A DNA stretch of 64,000 nt from Podarcis liolepis (GCA_965112155.1 OZ218100.1); one strand, 5' to 3'; shown: positions 25,101-37,773, counted from the first letter of the stretch. A program made the numbers and translations. Notes: generated by a model from the sequence alone, not told the origin.

Positions 25101-26878
25101 AGGGATCAGCCTCCAGATCCTGCCCCGCCCCTGAACACTGTTCATGCTGGTTGGGGCAGAAGGGATCTGGAGTCCAAAAACATCTGGCAGCACCATGTTG
25201 GCTACCCTCCCGAGCTTAGTTCAAAATTTAGTCCCAGGCCCTATCAGAGAGCATTTGAAGGGGGAGAAATCTCCACTCCTATACAGACTTACCTGGAATC
25301 ATGTACTCTTGAACATGGGGAGGGGGGGGGTTACGTCTGAGTAGATATGTATAGGATTTCACTGTTAAGGTATATTCTGTGTGGAGGCCCTTCACAAAAA
25401 CAAGAAATAAGCCTGAGGAAAATGAAAGGGAAAAGTCACTATGTGACAAATCTGTTCTATCCTAAATGACTGCAAAACATATCCTAAGTGACACTGAGCC
25501 AAACTTATGTGTCTTCATGGAAAAACACATCAGGCACACTTACTGTACTTTTACAAGCAAAAGTTAGGCTTGGTGTACACAGCCATTTCTATAAACAATT
25601 TTCATTTCCTTGAGGGCAGCTGTATCCAATACCTTGTGCAGCATTCTCTGGAGAGAGTAGCCTGTACTTTGTCACTGCTTTTAATGATGTGAGATTATTT
25701 TATTTCCACTGACATTTTGTTCAGAAGGAGAGAGCTGGGGGGAAGAAAGATTTTGAGTTTTCTCCCCTTGACCATTTGGATAGTGGTGACAGGAGAACTT
25801 GTACCACTCAGCCACCTTCCACTCTAATAATAATAAAATCCAAATGCTGCCCTAAAGTAATCCTATAAGCAATAACATTGGAAAAAATAGGCGGGCAAAC
25901 TCAAAAGAAGTGAAGAAAGGTTGATAACATGATTAACAACAGATTTTTATTTGGGGTGGGGGTGGGGGAGATCTTTGCTATGATTCCAGTTCCCCAATGC
26001 TAAAATCTCCACAAAGAGAATTCTGTGTGTCCTTTATGAACTCTCTACATTTGGGTTAATGCAAGAACTACATTTTAACAAGACAAATGTTTCCTGACAT
26101 TTCACACCTGGGCCTTCAAATGTTTTCACACCCACTTGATTGCTTTTTACAGTTGCTCATGTGAAAAAGGACTGGAAGAGTAGAAGCAGACTCAAGGTCA
26201 TTCCCTGCCTGGAAACATATATCCAGAGCAGAAAATATAGCTTGAGTTTGGACTGAGTTTTTAAAAAATATATATGCTAAAGAAAATTATTAGTGTGAAG
26301 TTGGACTGTTTAATGGCCACCATTTTAAAGCGAGGTGAGCTCATTTGTCAATAAGTCTAAATTAGCTGTGCCAACTGTGTCATGTAAAACTGTAGGCATC
26401 TGGCATAGGTACTAATATCTCAGCATGCAACCAAGGCATTCTAATACCAATTATCTCAGCTTGCAATACTGCCTTGCCAGTCAAAAATGCTCGCCTCACA
26501 CATAGGGAACGCCATTAATTTTTCTGCCTTACACTTTTCATCTCCCCTCAATAAAATGAGATACACTGATGGCATTTCATTTTTATTCCACCCAATTAAG
26601 AGTTCATCAACAATCCCCAAAGAGTTTAGAGGATAAATAAAAGGACTTTGCTAAATAAACAAGCACTTTCTTTGGAATCAGCCAGTTATTAGCTAAATGG
26701 AATCCATGCCCAGAGTTCATTATGTTCACACAAATTTAAAGAGCAACAAACACTCCAGGCAAACATCTCTAGAAGTTGTACTCCATCCCTGAGTCAGTAT
26801 TTAAAATTAAATAAATTAAAGCAGATAGTATTGATTTTGAAAGGGGGAAAACGCTATTTTTTGTTTTCTTATGCAGTA

Positions 26879-27122
26879 GAGAGCCAGTGTGGTGTAGTGG
26901 TTAAGAGCGGTAGTCACGTAATCTGGGAAACCGGGTTCGTGTCTCCGCTCCTCCACATGCAGCTGCTGGGTGACCTTGGGCCAGTCACACTTCTGTGAAG
27001 TCTCTCAGCCCCACTCACCTCACAGAGTGTTTGTTGTGGGGGAGGAAGGGAAAGGAGAATGTTAGCCGCTTTGAGACTCCTGAAGGGGAGTGAAAGGCGG
27101 GATATCAAATCCAAACTCTTCT
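26879..27122 (+). mobile_element. Squam3-like SINE
   Basis: Near-identical to 2999-3253 and 37028-37291. Confidence 0.85.
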
Positions 27123-29711
27123 AGACTTGAACAGAAAATTGAAAAAGTATGGTGGATATCTATTGTGCTGGTTTTCAGTTCTTTCCTTCTAATTATATAT
27201 AAAAGTGCTATTATTTAAAATATATGACCTCATCAAAGCCAACAGGATGTGTGACATAAATGGGAATGCACCTATCAGTCTGATAGGTGTTTAGTAGCTC
27301 TCTCCTTGACTTCACTGGTACAGTTAAGTAATTTTGGACTCTGGAGTTTGAACTTAATAGTCTTGTGTGGGTGTCATTTTCAGATGTTGACATGTTTTAC
27401 TTCAGTTACCTCAAAAAAGTGATTCTGCTGTCCGGGGGCCAGAACACAAAATTGGGGGCCATGAGCAAAATTGGGCAGCCTAAAGTTGCATTTTATGCAA
27501 ATTGCTTCTTAATTATGCAAATTTTGTTGGAGTTGGGGAAATGGTTAAGCAAATTTCCCATCCCAAACAGAACCTCCCAAAGTTGCTTAATAAGCAACAC
27601 AACTACTGTAGGTTTAGGGGTTTGTTTGTTTTTTCAGGGAAGTGTGAGGGGGCTGAGAAGTTGATTGCAGTGGGAGTAATTAACACTTTCTTTCAGCCTG
27701 TTTGTGCAATTAAGACTTATGAGTTGTCCCCTGCTCTTTCCACCTCACTAGCAATTCATTTCTCCCTCTGTTTCCTCTTCCATAGTGCTGCTGGAATTGA
27801 CTTCACAATGCATGAAAGAAGATTAAAGTTGGAAAGATCATTCAAGACTCCTTTCTTTATTTGTAGCTCCCTCCCTGCCCTGGTTACACTGAAATCCTAG
27901 ATTTCTCCACTATTCTCTCTCATCAGCTAATTTCTTCTACAAAGAAGACAAAAACTGGTTTCAAAAAGAATCAGAACGTCTTTTGGGTAAGCAATGAGTG
28001 TGTCAGTATACGACACACAGTGCTACTTCTCTAAATGTTAGTCATTGGCTAAGAACAATAAAGAGTCGGGGAAGTCTTTTTTCTCACAAAATAACTGGCA
28101 TAATTCAGGCAATTATGGTACCCTTAGAATAGTTTCCATAAAATTGTCTGTGTGCCAGCAGATGGGCTCAGAAATTAACTCTGTATTCCTGCAGTGATAG
28201 TTTAGAGTTTCGGGCCCAAGCCTTATCTTCATAAATAGTTGCTCTAGTTCTAAACTGCAGAAGGTGCTCTCCCACCCTCCCTCCTAAAATGTGGTTTGCA
28301 CAACATTGTGGATAAACTGCAGTCACCTTTGATTCATTATGACATGATTTGGAAACATTTGCCATTACATACTTTAACTTGACTTGGGCCCTGTGTGAGC
28401 CAGAAACTTGACTTTCAAAGATGAGTGTTGGGGCTCTGGGGGGCTGAACATAATCCTGCGTAGGCAACAGGAATTAGCCTTTGAGGGAAGCCTGAATGGG
28501 GCTCACTCAAACATTAACTAATATCCAATATGGTATGCTAAAGACTTTCCCTTATTTTTATTTCATGAAAGACAGAAAGCTCCAGCACTGCATTCTCATT
28601 GTGCTTTATTTCTTGGCCCAGCTATAATTTAAAAACAATATGGGGATAGTTTTCTGTTTTCCAAATTTTAAATACCCTTCTCTCTTATTTATTAGAGGAA
28701 ATGTGGTCCTATAATGGATGCAGCAGCAGCAGCTCTACTTAACTGCAGTTGGTGCAGATGTAGTGTAGCATCACACAGGATGGGTATTATGACTTACACA
28801 TTTCTGACAGGTCCTGAAGCCTGTTGCCATGGTGCCAGCTTGGATTCTAGGGCAGAACTAAACAGCCGACTGTAACTCTTTTCATTTCCAGCTGTCACTG
28901 TGCCACAGCCTGTTTTGTCATAGCATCAAGGATTTTTTTTAAACCAAACTCCATAAACATGGACTGCATCAACTTCACAAACACACATGTTTTCCTGCAG
29001 TTCTTCTATAATTTCAGCACTTCCAAAATGAGACGCACCATAAAATCAATGAATACTTTCTTCCATCCCTCTCTAGTCAACACAGTATTTGCCCCTAAAG
29101 CACTCAATGCAACTTGATAGGACAAAACTATGTATCAGTCTGTACATGTTCAGCTATTATAGGCCTTTCCCACTGTGTATTAAAACATGCCTAAGTCAGC
29201 TGCTACTGGGACGTAACAATAAGTGGGAGGAGGGGACACAGTGTACATTGTATAACTGTGGAGAAATCCATACCATCCATGTTCCAGAGCTTCTGTGGGC
29301 AATGACAGTGCAGTGACACAGGCAAACATAGGGCTACTTCTGAACCCTGTGACTGCACAGGTTGTAGCTATTCCATGAGAAGTGGGGGGGGGGCAGACAT
29401 ACAAGCAAACCAGACAACCTATCCTCTCCTTGTTAGTTTCACTGGTCACCACAGAGTGGATATCATTTCCCTCCCATCCTACTACCTCCATTAAACAGCA
29501 CTGTAACCTTTGGGAATTTATAATCTTTCCAACCTGCTCCCTATATTGGTTAGAATGGTGTCACACTCAGGAATGGTGAGAATAACATCTCTCTATCCAA
29601 ATTTTCTAAAGGGAATGATGCTTTTGCCTACAGTTTTAGTAAGGAACAAGCTTGTGGGACAATGGTTTTAGGGAAGAAAACTACTTCCCCCATGAGAGAA
29701 AATAAAAATAA

Positions 29712-31503
29712 CGCTGGTCCACAACAAATTTGTTGCCTGCATTTTTTCAGTTGATTTAGGATGAATCTGATGCGCTGAATCCAAAAATCACATTGGTTTT
29801 GCTCAATCAGGTCAAGTTTTTGAGCTATGGCCACATGTTGTTTTTTTATGTTTTTGTTCACATGTACGCTTGTGTGGAGCATTTTAGAAGAAGTTGGTGT
29901 GGGTAAAATGCCATGTCAAATAATTGTTTTGATTGGAAATGATTATTTTAATGACAAGTTAATGGGGCAGCCGCCCCACGAAGTATCCTGATCTTCAATC
30001 AGCACGTTGTCCTGTAGCTCATTATGATGAAATTCCAGTGCCTATCTTTGGAGAACTTCCTGACATTAGTGACGAAGATGCCTTCAGTGTTGAAGGACAT
30101 GAAGAAGAAGTGGTTCTTGAAGATGATGCTCCACATCCATTTTCCCAAAAGGAATTGAATGATCTAGTTCATGACCTCAGCTTGTCAAAGGACTCTGCCG
30201 AACTGTTGGCATTCAGATTGAAGGGAAAAAAACCTCCTCTCTGACAGTGCTCGCATCAGCTTCCTCCGCAACAGGCATCAAGAGTACCTCCGTTTTTTCT
30301 CGGAAGAGAAGGACTTGGTGTACTGTGCAGATATTGCGCAGCTTCTGCTCAAGCTTGGAGTGCCACAGTACGAATCCAAAGATTGGAGACTGTTCATTGA
30401 CAGCAGCAAGCGATCACTGAAATGTGTTCTGCTACACAACGGCAACCAGTTTGCCTCTATACCCCTGGCTCACTCGAGTACACTGAAGGAGAACTATGAA
30501 GCGGTGAAGTATGTGCTGGAGAAAATTGGTTATGATCAGCATAAGTGGTTTATTTGTGTTGACCTGAAGATCGTGAACTTTTTGTTGGGACAACAGTCTG
30601 GCTTCACCAAGTACCCATGTTTTCTGTGCATGTGGGATAGTAGGGACCGTGCTCAGCATTACACGAAGAAGGACTGGCCTGTGCGGGAGGAACTGGTGCC
30701 TTGCAAAAAAAGGAACGTCATCAACAACCCTCTGGTGGACAGAGACAGAATATTCTTCCCACCGCTGCACATCAAGCTTGGCTTAATCAAGCAGTTCACC
30801 AAGGCTCTGGACAAGGATGGTGACTGCTTCACTTACTTGTGCCAGGCTTTTCCAGGATTGACCATGGAGAAGTTGAAAGCTGGCATCTTTGACGGTCCTC
30901 AGATCTGTCAGCTCATCAGAGATCCAGAGTTCGGAAACTCAATGAACGAAGTGGAACTGGAAGCGTGGAAGGCATTTGTTCTGGTAGTGAAGAACTTTCT
31001 TGGCAACAATAAGGCCAGAAACTATGCAAAACTTGTCAACAACATGCTGACTGCTTTCAGAAACTTGGCCTGCAACATGAGCGTCAAGATGCGCTACCTA
31101 TTTTCACATATGGACTGGTTTCCTGAGAACCTGGGTTCAATGAGTGACGAGCAGGGGGAGAGATTCCATCAGGACATGAAAGAGATGGAGACTAGGTATC
31201 AGGGTCGCTGGGACGCAGTCATGATGGCTGACTACTGTTGGACTCTGAAGAGAGACCTCCCTGCCACTGATCATTCCAGGAGTTCCAAGAAATGAAGGTT
31301 CAAGCCCTGAAGTTTGAAAAATGGTGAAGCAACATGCAATTTACGTGTACTTACCTTTATCAATGCCCACCATTCAGTTTACAGAAAACCTGACCTGATG
31401 GAGAGAAACGGATACCATTTCCTGATTCAGCAGTGCAAAAATACCCTAAATCAGTTGTAGAAATCTAGACAACATTCAAAAAGTAAAAAATTGTTGCCCA
31501 GTG
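29712..31503 (+). mobile_element. Chapaev3-type (CMC superfamily) DNA transposon, internally deleted, both ends present
   Basis: TAA flanks both sides (29709-29711 and 31504-31506). Left end is CGCTGGTCCACAAC and right end is GTTGCCCAGTG (reverse complement CACTGGGCAAC). About 110 bp of imperfect terminal inverted similarity with shared blocks TGTTG(C/T)CT, TGATTTAGG, GCTGAATC and ATCAGGTCA. Contains a transposase frame. CAC...GTG termini with a 3-bp TWA TSD are the established Chapaev3 signature. Confidence 0.9.
29981..31295 (+). pseudogene. Chapaev3-like DDE transposase, N-terminally truncated, one frameshift
   Basis: From 29981 reads KYPDLQSARCPVAH...FSQKELNDLVHDLSLSKDSAELLAFRLK. A +1 frameshift in the G/A run near 30222-30232 is followed by an open frame (LLSDSARISF...DLVYC...) through the 326-aa ORF 30315-31295. 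Motifs: WRLFIDSS, ICVDLK, YPCFLC, PPLHIKLG, GIFDGPQI, SDEQGERFHQD, MMADYCW. Confidence 0.9.
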
Positions 31504-34500
31504 TAATCCAGCTATATCTATTCAAGATTGCTTCTCTAACCTAGCCAGTACTTGTCCATTTATGTCATAAAGCAGCTGGGTTTCTTTGAAACCTTCTCCT
31601 GGTCCATTTCTGCTGTGGTGCCCAACTGTGATCTCTGACACTTTCCAATGTTCCACCTTACTTGAAATCTGCCAGATCTTGCTCTCTTGCAACTTTTCAG
31701 TTCTCAATCATCAGTGAAACTTCTCACGGATGGCAATGAAGACCTTGTTCTTCAGTTTGGCTGATATTTTCCCTCCCCCTCTGACCTTTTCACCAGTTAG
31801 GAGTGTGGAGTCCTTCTATTTCTCCTAAATTACTAGGTTCCTAGGCTGAATTCATTTATTTATTTAGCCCATTTATTAGGGTTCACATATTTCAAACAGT
31901 GAAAATCAGCTTTTAAAAGGCAAAGTTGTTGAGCAATTCCCCCCCCCCCCATTTTTGACCTATTTTTATGGGAAATTGAAAAAAAGTCACTGCTGACATG
32001 GGCTGCAATATGTCTGATTTTCCTAGACATTTGACCAATTTCTGCCTGGACAATGCTGCCCACTGCAGTATCCTGGATTTGTTCAGGAAATTCCAGCTAT
32101 ATGGCAAGCCTACATTTATAAACCACTTAAGATCCACAAATCTCAAAGCAGTTAGAATAAATAAAAATCCAAATACAAAATTCAACAGTATTGTTTCAAA
32201 TAAATTAATTTACATGAAGAAAAATCCAAATACATAAATGCACACTATCTATTTCCATAATAATATCTATTTAAGAAGCAATATAAAAGAGTCAAATAAA
32301 TCTCTACAACCAATTAAGAACAGCTGGAGTTAAACTGCCAAATGAGCATAAGTTCAACAAAATACAATAAAAATGAGTGATTATTTTTTTAAGTATGTGA
32401 AGTCCACTTAAAAGAGACAAGCAAAGGGATTATTCTACATATTTGGAGGGCAAGGAAATTTCACTTCAAAATTAAAGATAACAGTATGGCAGAATAAGGT
32501 GGTACAAGGGCATACCTTTAGCACACTTTCTCCATGTTTTGGCCTGAAATCTTGAGTACTTCAATATTATCATATATACAAAGAGTGATCCCAATGTTTT
32601 GAGTGCCTGTTCTTATGTAATCCAAGCAAGATAAGTGCATTTGCATCACAATATCATAGAATGGGTTGAAGGAAAGCTGACTCACTTGCTTGTAGGGATG
32701 TGGGAGAAACTCAGTGAGGTTCACAGAAGTGCTATCATTTGCACTTCCGGAAACAAGAGACAAACTGAAATGCAGTTATCCTTTGAAATTCACACAACTC
32801 CAGATGCTCTTCAGCCAAAAATGTGTACAAATATACATATTTTGTTTGAGATGCACAGCGAATGAAAGTTGGGCTGTTATGTTATCAAAAGAAAGACTTC
32901 CCAGTCTCTTGGTACATATTTATTAGATTAGAGCTGAATCTGCACTAAATATTTATGCTTCAGATGGTGTTCCATTCATCAATAAGAATTGAAAATAATT
33001 TCAGTTCATCATATATTATAGCACAGCTTTTTATATAATTGGAGGTTTCTGCAAATTTGATGGAGTGCCATATGACTGGGAATGAGGGAGGGAGCGATAT
33101 TATAAGTACATTCACAAAAATCTGTAATAACAAACTCAGTCTCCAAGAGTGTATTCTTATGTAGCCAAAACAGCACCACAAAGGAGAAGTATAAACATGG
33201 TCTGGAGAACAGCAAGGTTTACATAATACAGAAAAGGAGTAAGGGAACCTAAGGGGGCAACCCCCTTAAAACAGCAACAACCCAACACTGAGCACAAATT
33301 TAAAACAGACTATCAAAAACCATTTAGAACAGGCTCTGTCACAAGTTTCACTTGTATGACTTAATAAAAAGAATGCCACTGAGCAGGTGCAAAGTGCATA
33401 TCTTTCACTTGGAGTAGCTACAGCTAGTTTGCAGATGTCTGAGGTTGAGGATATGATGACTGACTACTGAGTCTTTTTTTGGTCACTGCCACTCCAACTC
33501 TTCTGTCTACCTGCTGATGTGTTAAAATTAGCTGTAGTCAGAGCAGTCCCAAAGGCAGAGGCTGAGAAAGAGGTGGGGGAAAGTTCAGGGACAAGCAAGT
33601 CACAGCAAGTTAGCTCATTTCAGAAAGTGGTGCTCAACTGGCCACTCACACTATTATGGAAAAGAGAGCTTCTGTCTTTGAAAGATATGTCGGTGTGATG
33701 TTGTTGTTGTTTAGCTTCCTAACTATTTGGAAAGACCACCAGAGAGTGGAAATCTCAGGGTCCCTGAATCCCAGTTCCTTAATTTTCACATGGAGGCTAC
33801 AACCAACATTGACAAAATACTTTCTGGCATTGAGCAATGAATTGTGCTGACAGGTTATATAAATCTCCTTTTTGTATTCACTAAAGTCTAAGGCTAATGG
33901 CTTTTTTGAGCTTTGTTACTCTCCTTTGGGGGGGTGGGGTGTTTAAGCCAAAAAGGAGAGAGATGGTTATAAATACTTGGCTCCAGCATCTGCATTACAT
34001 CTGTTCAACAGGGAAAGAGTGAAGAATGTTTTAAAGCAACAAGCATGCAGTTAAAGGTAACATGCCAGTATTGCCTCATAGCTTATGTTGTGACAGGACA
34101 TAACAGCAATTCAATCCAAATTGTTCGACAAAATAAAGGGGTAAAAATGGATACCTGTGGTCAGCTTAGGCCAGATACATGCCTAAATCTAGTACTCATA
34201 CTAGAATATGACATCTATCAATGTGATCCTTTGTCAGATCATAGGAAGTAAGTGGAACCATTGCAGGGGGTGGGGTGGGGACACAACACTCAAGTTTATA
34301 AAATATAGTTGGCTGTTTTAGTTCTAGAACTAAAACAGTAAGATGGAAAGCAGTCCTCTCATGAAGCTCAAGAAATCCAATCAAATTGACCTTCAAACTG
34401 TAATCCTAAAACATTGTTTTGAAGCCAAAAGCAAACTGAAAATATATGGGATTTGCCAAGAATCCTATATGGTTTGACTTAGGACAAGAATGTAAACAAA

Positions 34501-34567
34501 GAGCACAAACCTCTGCATGTTTCCTGGGAAGTAAGCCTGAGCTCACTTACATGGGAATAAGTTCCAT

Positions 34568-34837
34568 CAGTGGTGACTGGTGCCATTTGGGACTGATAGG
34601 GTAGAAAGCATGGAGGCTAACAGTAGGTGGAGCCAGAGCCAAAGCAAGATGGAGCCAATTTATTTTGGTTTTGTCCCCATCTTTTACTCTTCTGAGCTTC
34701 ATGAAGACAAAACAGATTGAACAGGCTGATTGTCCACCCATTAGGCTAAATACAAAGGCAGGCAGGTGGGGAGCTGGCTGAGGGCAGATTGAGGTTGTTG
34801 GGGTGCCCCCCCCATCCAAATAGTCCAGCTTCCACTG
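34568..34837. mobile_element. hAT-like MITE (old)
   Basis: Imperfect TIRs CAGTGGTGACTGG and CCAGCTTCCACTG; TSD not preserved. Confidence 0.5.
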
Positions 34838-35199
34838 GCTCAAAGTCACCGTTGTCTCCTATGAAAGCATTTGACCACTGGATTGAAAAGTTGTGTGCAG
34901 CTTTGAGGGCATTTTCAAAACCAGGATAAAATATGGTAAATATTAATAACAGAAGGCTAAAAATATGTTCAGGCATCTTGGAGAATAAAAATATATTTGC
35001 CTGGCTACAAAAATTCACCGTGTTGGCTCTCAGTAAGCCAACTTGGGGGGGGGGGAATTCCCTGGGGGAAACCACAAAACACCTGTTTTTATTTATGCAT
35101 TTCAGAATGTTTCTAATCAACCCTGTGAGAGGACTCAAAATAGCATTAAAACAGTCTCAAAATTGTATGTAAGATCATTAGAAAATACAGGATAGTAAT

Positions 35200-35232
<33 letters not shown>

Positions 35233-37027
35233 CTCAAGTACAGTGCTACATTTTAAAAGTAAAAACTGCCCTCTTTGTTATGTTTGCTTTTTAATTTTTT
35301 TAAGTGAAATCTCTCTTCAGTCTAAAGCCTTATCTGGAGAGGTGAACCTTGCACAGTTTCCTAAATGAAAGCATCTCCCTTCTATGCAGATGCTCAGTGT
35401 CTTGAGGGGGGGAAACAGGTTTGTGCCAAACCTGTGACCTTGGGGACGGTGGCAGCACCAGTGGAGGGATATTCAATCACTTTTTTGGGAAGCAGGATTT
35501 GAATATTTCCCCCCCCCCTTAACTTCAACTGCCTTGTGTTGACATGTTCTTATCCTTCTTTTCTTAAGTGAAAAGGCCTTGCTGTGGCTTGAAGCAGTGC
35601 ATTAGCTGCTCAAGCTGCTTTCCTGAGAAGAACGTACCTGAAAATATGGCTCCAGCGGCCAAACTGCTGCTTGCTTCTTATCCGTGTTTGTGTTTGTCTT
35701 CTCGGTGAGAGAGTCCAAAGCAAAAGCAATAACACAGCGGAAGTTCTGCTAATGCCAGCAAAACAGTGCTGGAATGTAAACAGATATGTGACACGTAACA
35801 GTTCCATGTCTGCTCCTTAAGGTGGAATATACATTTCCCAACATCTCCCATCCCTAGCACCTGAACCAGAGCCTATCCGCAACCTTACAAGTTCTGACGA
35901 TTTGCTACGTGGCAGGCAAATCCCAAATGGCAACAGCCAATCAGCCAAGTGGGGAAAATTCCTGCCATGCCCCTGTCCCAATGACAGATGACACACGATG
36001 GCATAGCAAGGTCAATCGAAAAATACCCTAAATATAGGGAGAGGTGGGGGGGTGTTCCATTTGCACGAGCTGAAAGAGAATGTCTGGGTCACATGCAAGG
36101 GATTAAATAGGTCCCTCAAACTATTTAGACTGCCCCCCATTGGCCATATTACAGCCAGCAACGAGGGACCCACAAATTGGGTGTTGTGGCTATCCAATAG
36201 ACACAACAAGGAGGTCAGTCTCCAGGTCTCACCACAACACGTGCCCTCTTTTAGGGAGGACACGGTTTATTAACAAAAACCTTGACCAACTTGTGTTTAA
36301 GGTAAGCTGGGAAAGTTTTCAAGTTCACCTCCTTTTCCCCAAAGTTTACTCCAAATTTTTGGGTAAAAATGTCCCCTGCAAAATTTGTAAAAAATATCTG
36401 GGCTAAATCCTTCATCCCAGCACTTATTTACCTGTGTTCAAATCAAAAATCTCTGCTCTTTGCAAAGGGATTATGGGTTATATGGGTTCTAAAAAAGTGT
36501 TTCTTTTTCTTTGAGCCAACTCAGCTGCTAACAAACCAGACTGGTCACCAGTGAGCCAAACTATTTGTAAACATAGACATGTTCTGGCCCTTGCATTTTA
36601 AAAAAAATTAAATGTGAACAGCAGGTATAGAGAGGCAATTTTGATTGGCACAATTGGCACCAAGGGCCTTTTTAATGCAAATTGCAGGTTCAAGGAATAA
36701 TTTTCTTCAGGACCACAACAGAGGTGGAAAGGATTAAATGCCCTCTTTCTGCCTGCTGCAACCTTGAAAATGATCAGCCCTCATCCCCAGCTCATGCTGT
36801 TTGCATTTTAAAATCAACCTGCAAATAAAATGCAAAGTTGCATTTAACATCACATCTAATTTGGCCTGAATTTAGATATTGGATATTTAGTGGCATTGTG
36901 AAGAATTTCCATTGCATGGGAAATTTCATAAACCAATTAATAATATTTGAATACAATGTGTATTTTGCATTTTTAAAACATTATCTTACCTTTTTCTTCT
37001 TTTAATTTATGCAAAGTTTGTACATAT

Positions 37028-37291
37028 GAGAGCCAGTGTGGTGTAGTGGTTAAGAGCGGTAGTCATGTAATCTGGGAAACCGGGTTCGTGTCTCCGCTCC
37101 TCCACATGCAGCTGCTGGGTGACCTTGGGCCAGTCACACTTCTGTGAAGTCTCTCAGCCCCACTCACCTCACAGAGTGTTTGTTGTGGGGGAGGAAGGGA
37201 AAGGAGAATGTTAGCCGCTTTGAGACTTCTTAAAGGGAGTGAAAGGCAGGATATCAAATCCAAACTCTTCTTCTTCTTCTTCTTCTTCTAC
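37028..37291 (+). mobile_element. Squam3-like SINE with (TTC)n tail
   Basis: Same body as the other two copies; (TTC)n at about 37266-37289. Confidence 0.85.
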
Positions 37292-37337
37292 TTCAGTTAC
37301 AGATATTATAACCTTCATTGTCATTATATATACTAAC

Positions 37338-37773
37338 TATAATGGTTGGGAGTTACTCGTGCGTAATCCTGCTCCGTTTGAGCATTAGATTGCCTGGTTA
37401 AACCCTCCGGACTGCACAGCCCATCTCAGCGTGGCTGCCCTTAGTCACTCGTAGAATCTGTCTGTGGGCGTTTCTTAAAGCGTTGCCAACATAAGAGTTG
37501 TTTGACGCCCAATCGTCTCCGCCTCTCACTGCGCGGGAGTCTCCTGCGCAGGGTGGGCGTGGGCAGCGGGGTGCTTGGGCTCTCCTCGTTAATTTCCAAC
37601 GAAGAGTCCTGGAGCCCCTGCACCTCCCTGTCCCCTGCTCTCCTGGATCCCTGGTGTTACACTCATTCTCTTCCCCTTCTTCCCAGCTGAGTCTCCCTCT
37701 AGCGCTGGGACCTTCCCTTGCAGAATCAGTGACCCTCTCCTTCTCCCGTGCCTCTGATGGCAGTTCCCTGACA
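37338..37773. mobile_element. Solo LTR (probably Gypsy-type), CpG-rich
   Basis: 5-bp TSD CTAAC at 37333-37337 and 37774-37778; ends in TGACA and begins TATAA (TG probably mutated to TA). Confidence 0.7.

Noticed and set aside
26914-27114. Near-identical MDLISRLSLP... ORFs at about 3.0, 26.9 and 37.1 kb suggesting a gene family
   Set aside because: Antisense translations of the same SINE.
30432-30770. 112-aa antisense ORF inside the transposase
   Set aside because: Shadow frame of the sense coding sequence with no independent motif.
32613-32850. GATA, octamer, AP-1 and ETS motif cluster as an enhancer or exon
   Set aside because: From TAGGGATG (about 32693) onward it resembles a degenerate repeat also seen near 22.6 and 58.4 kb; the remaining motifs alone are weak.
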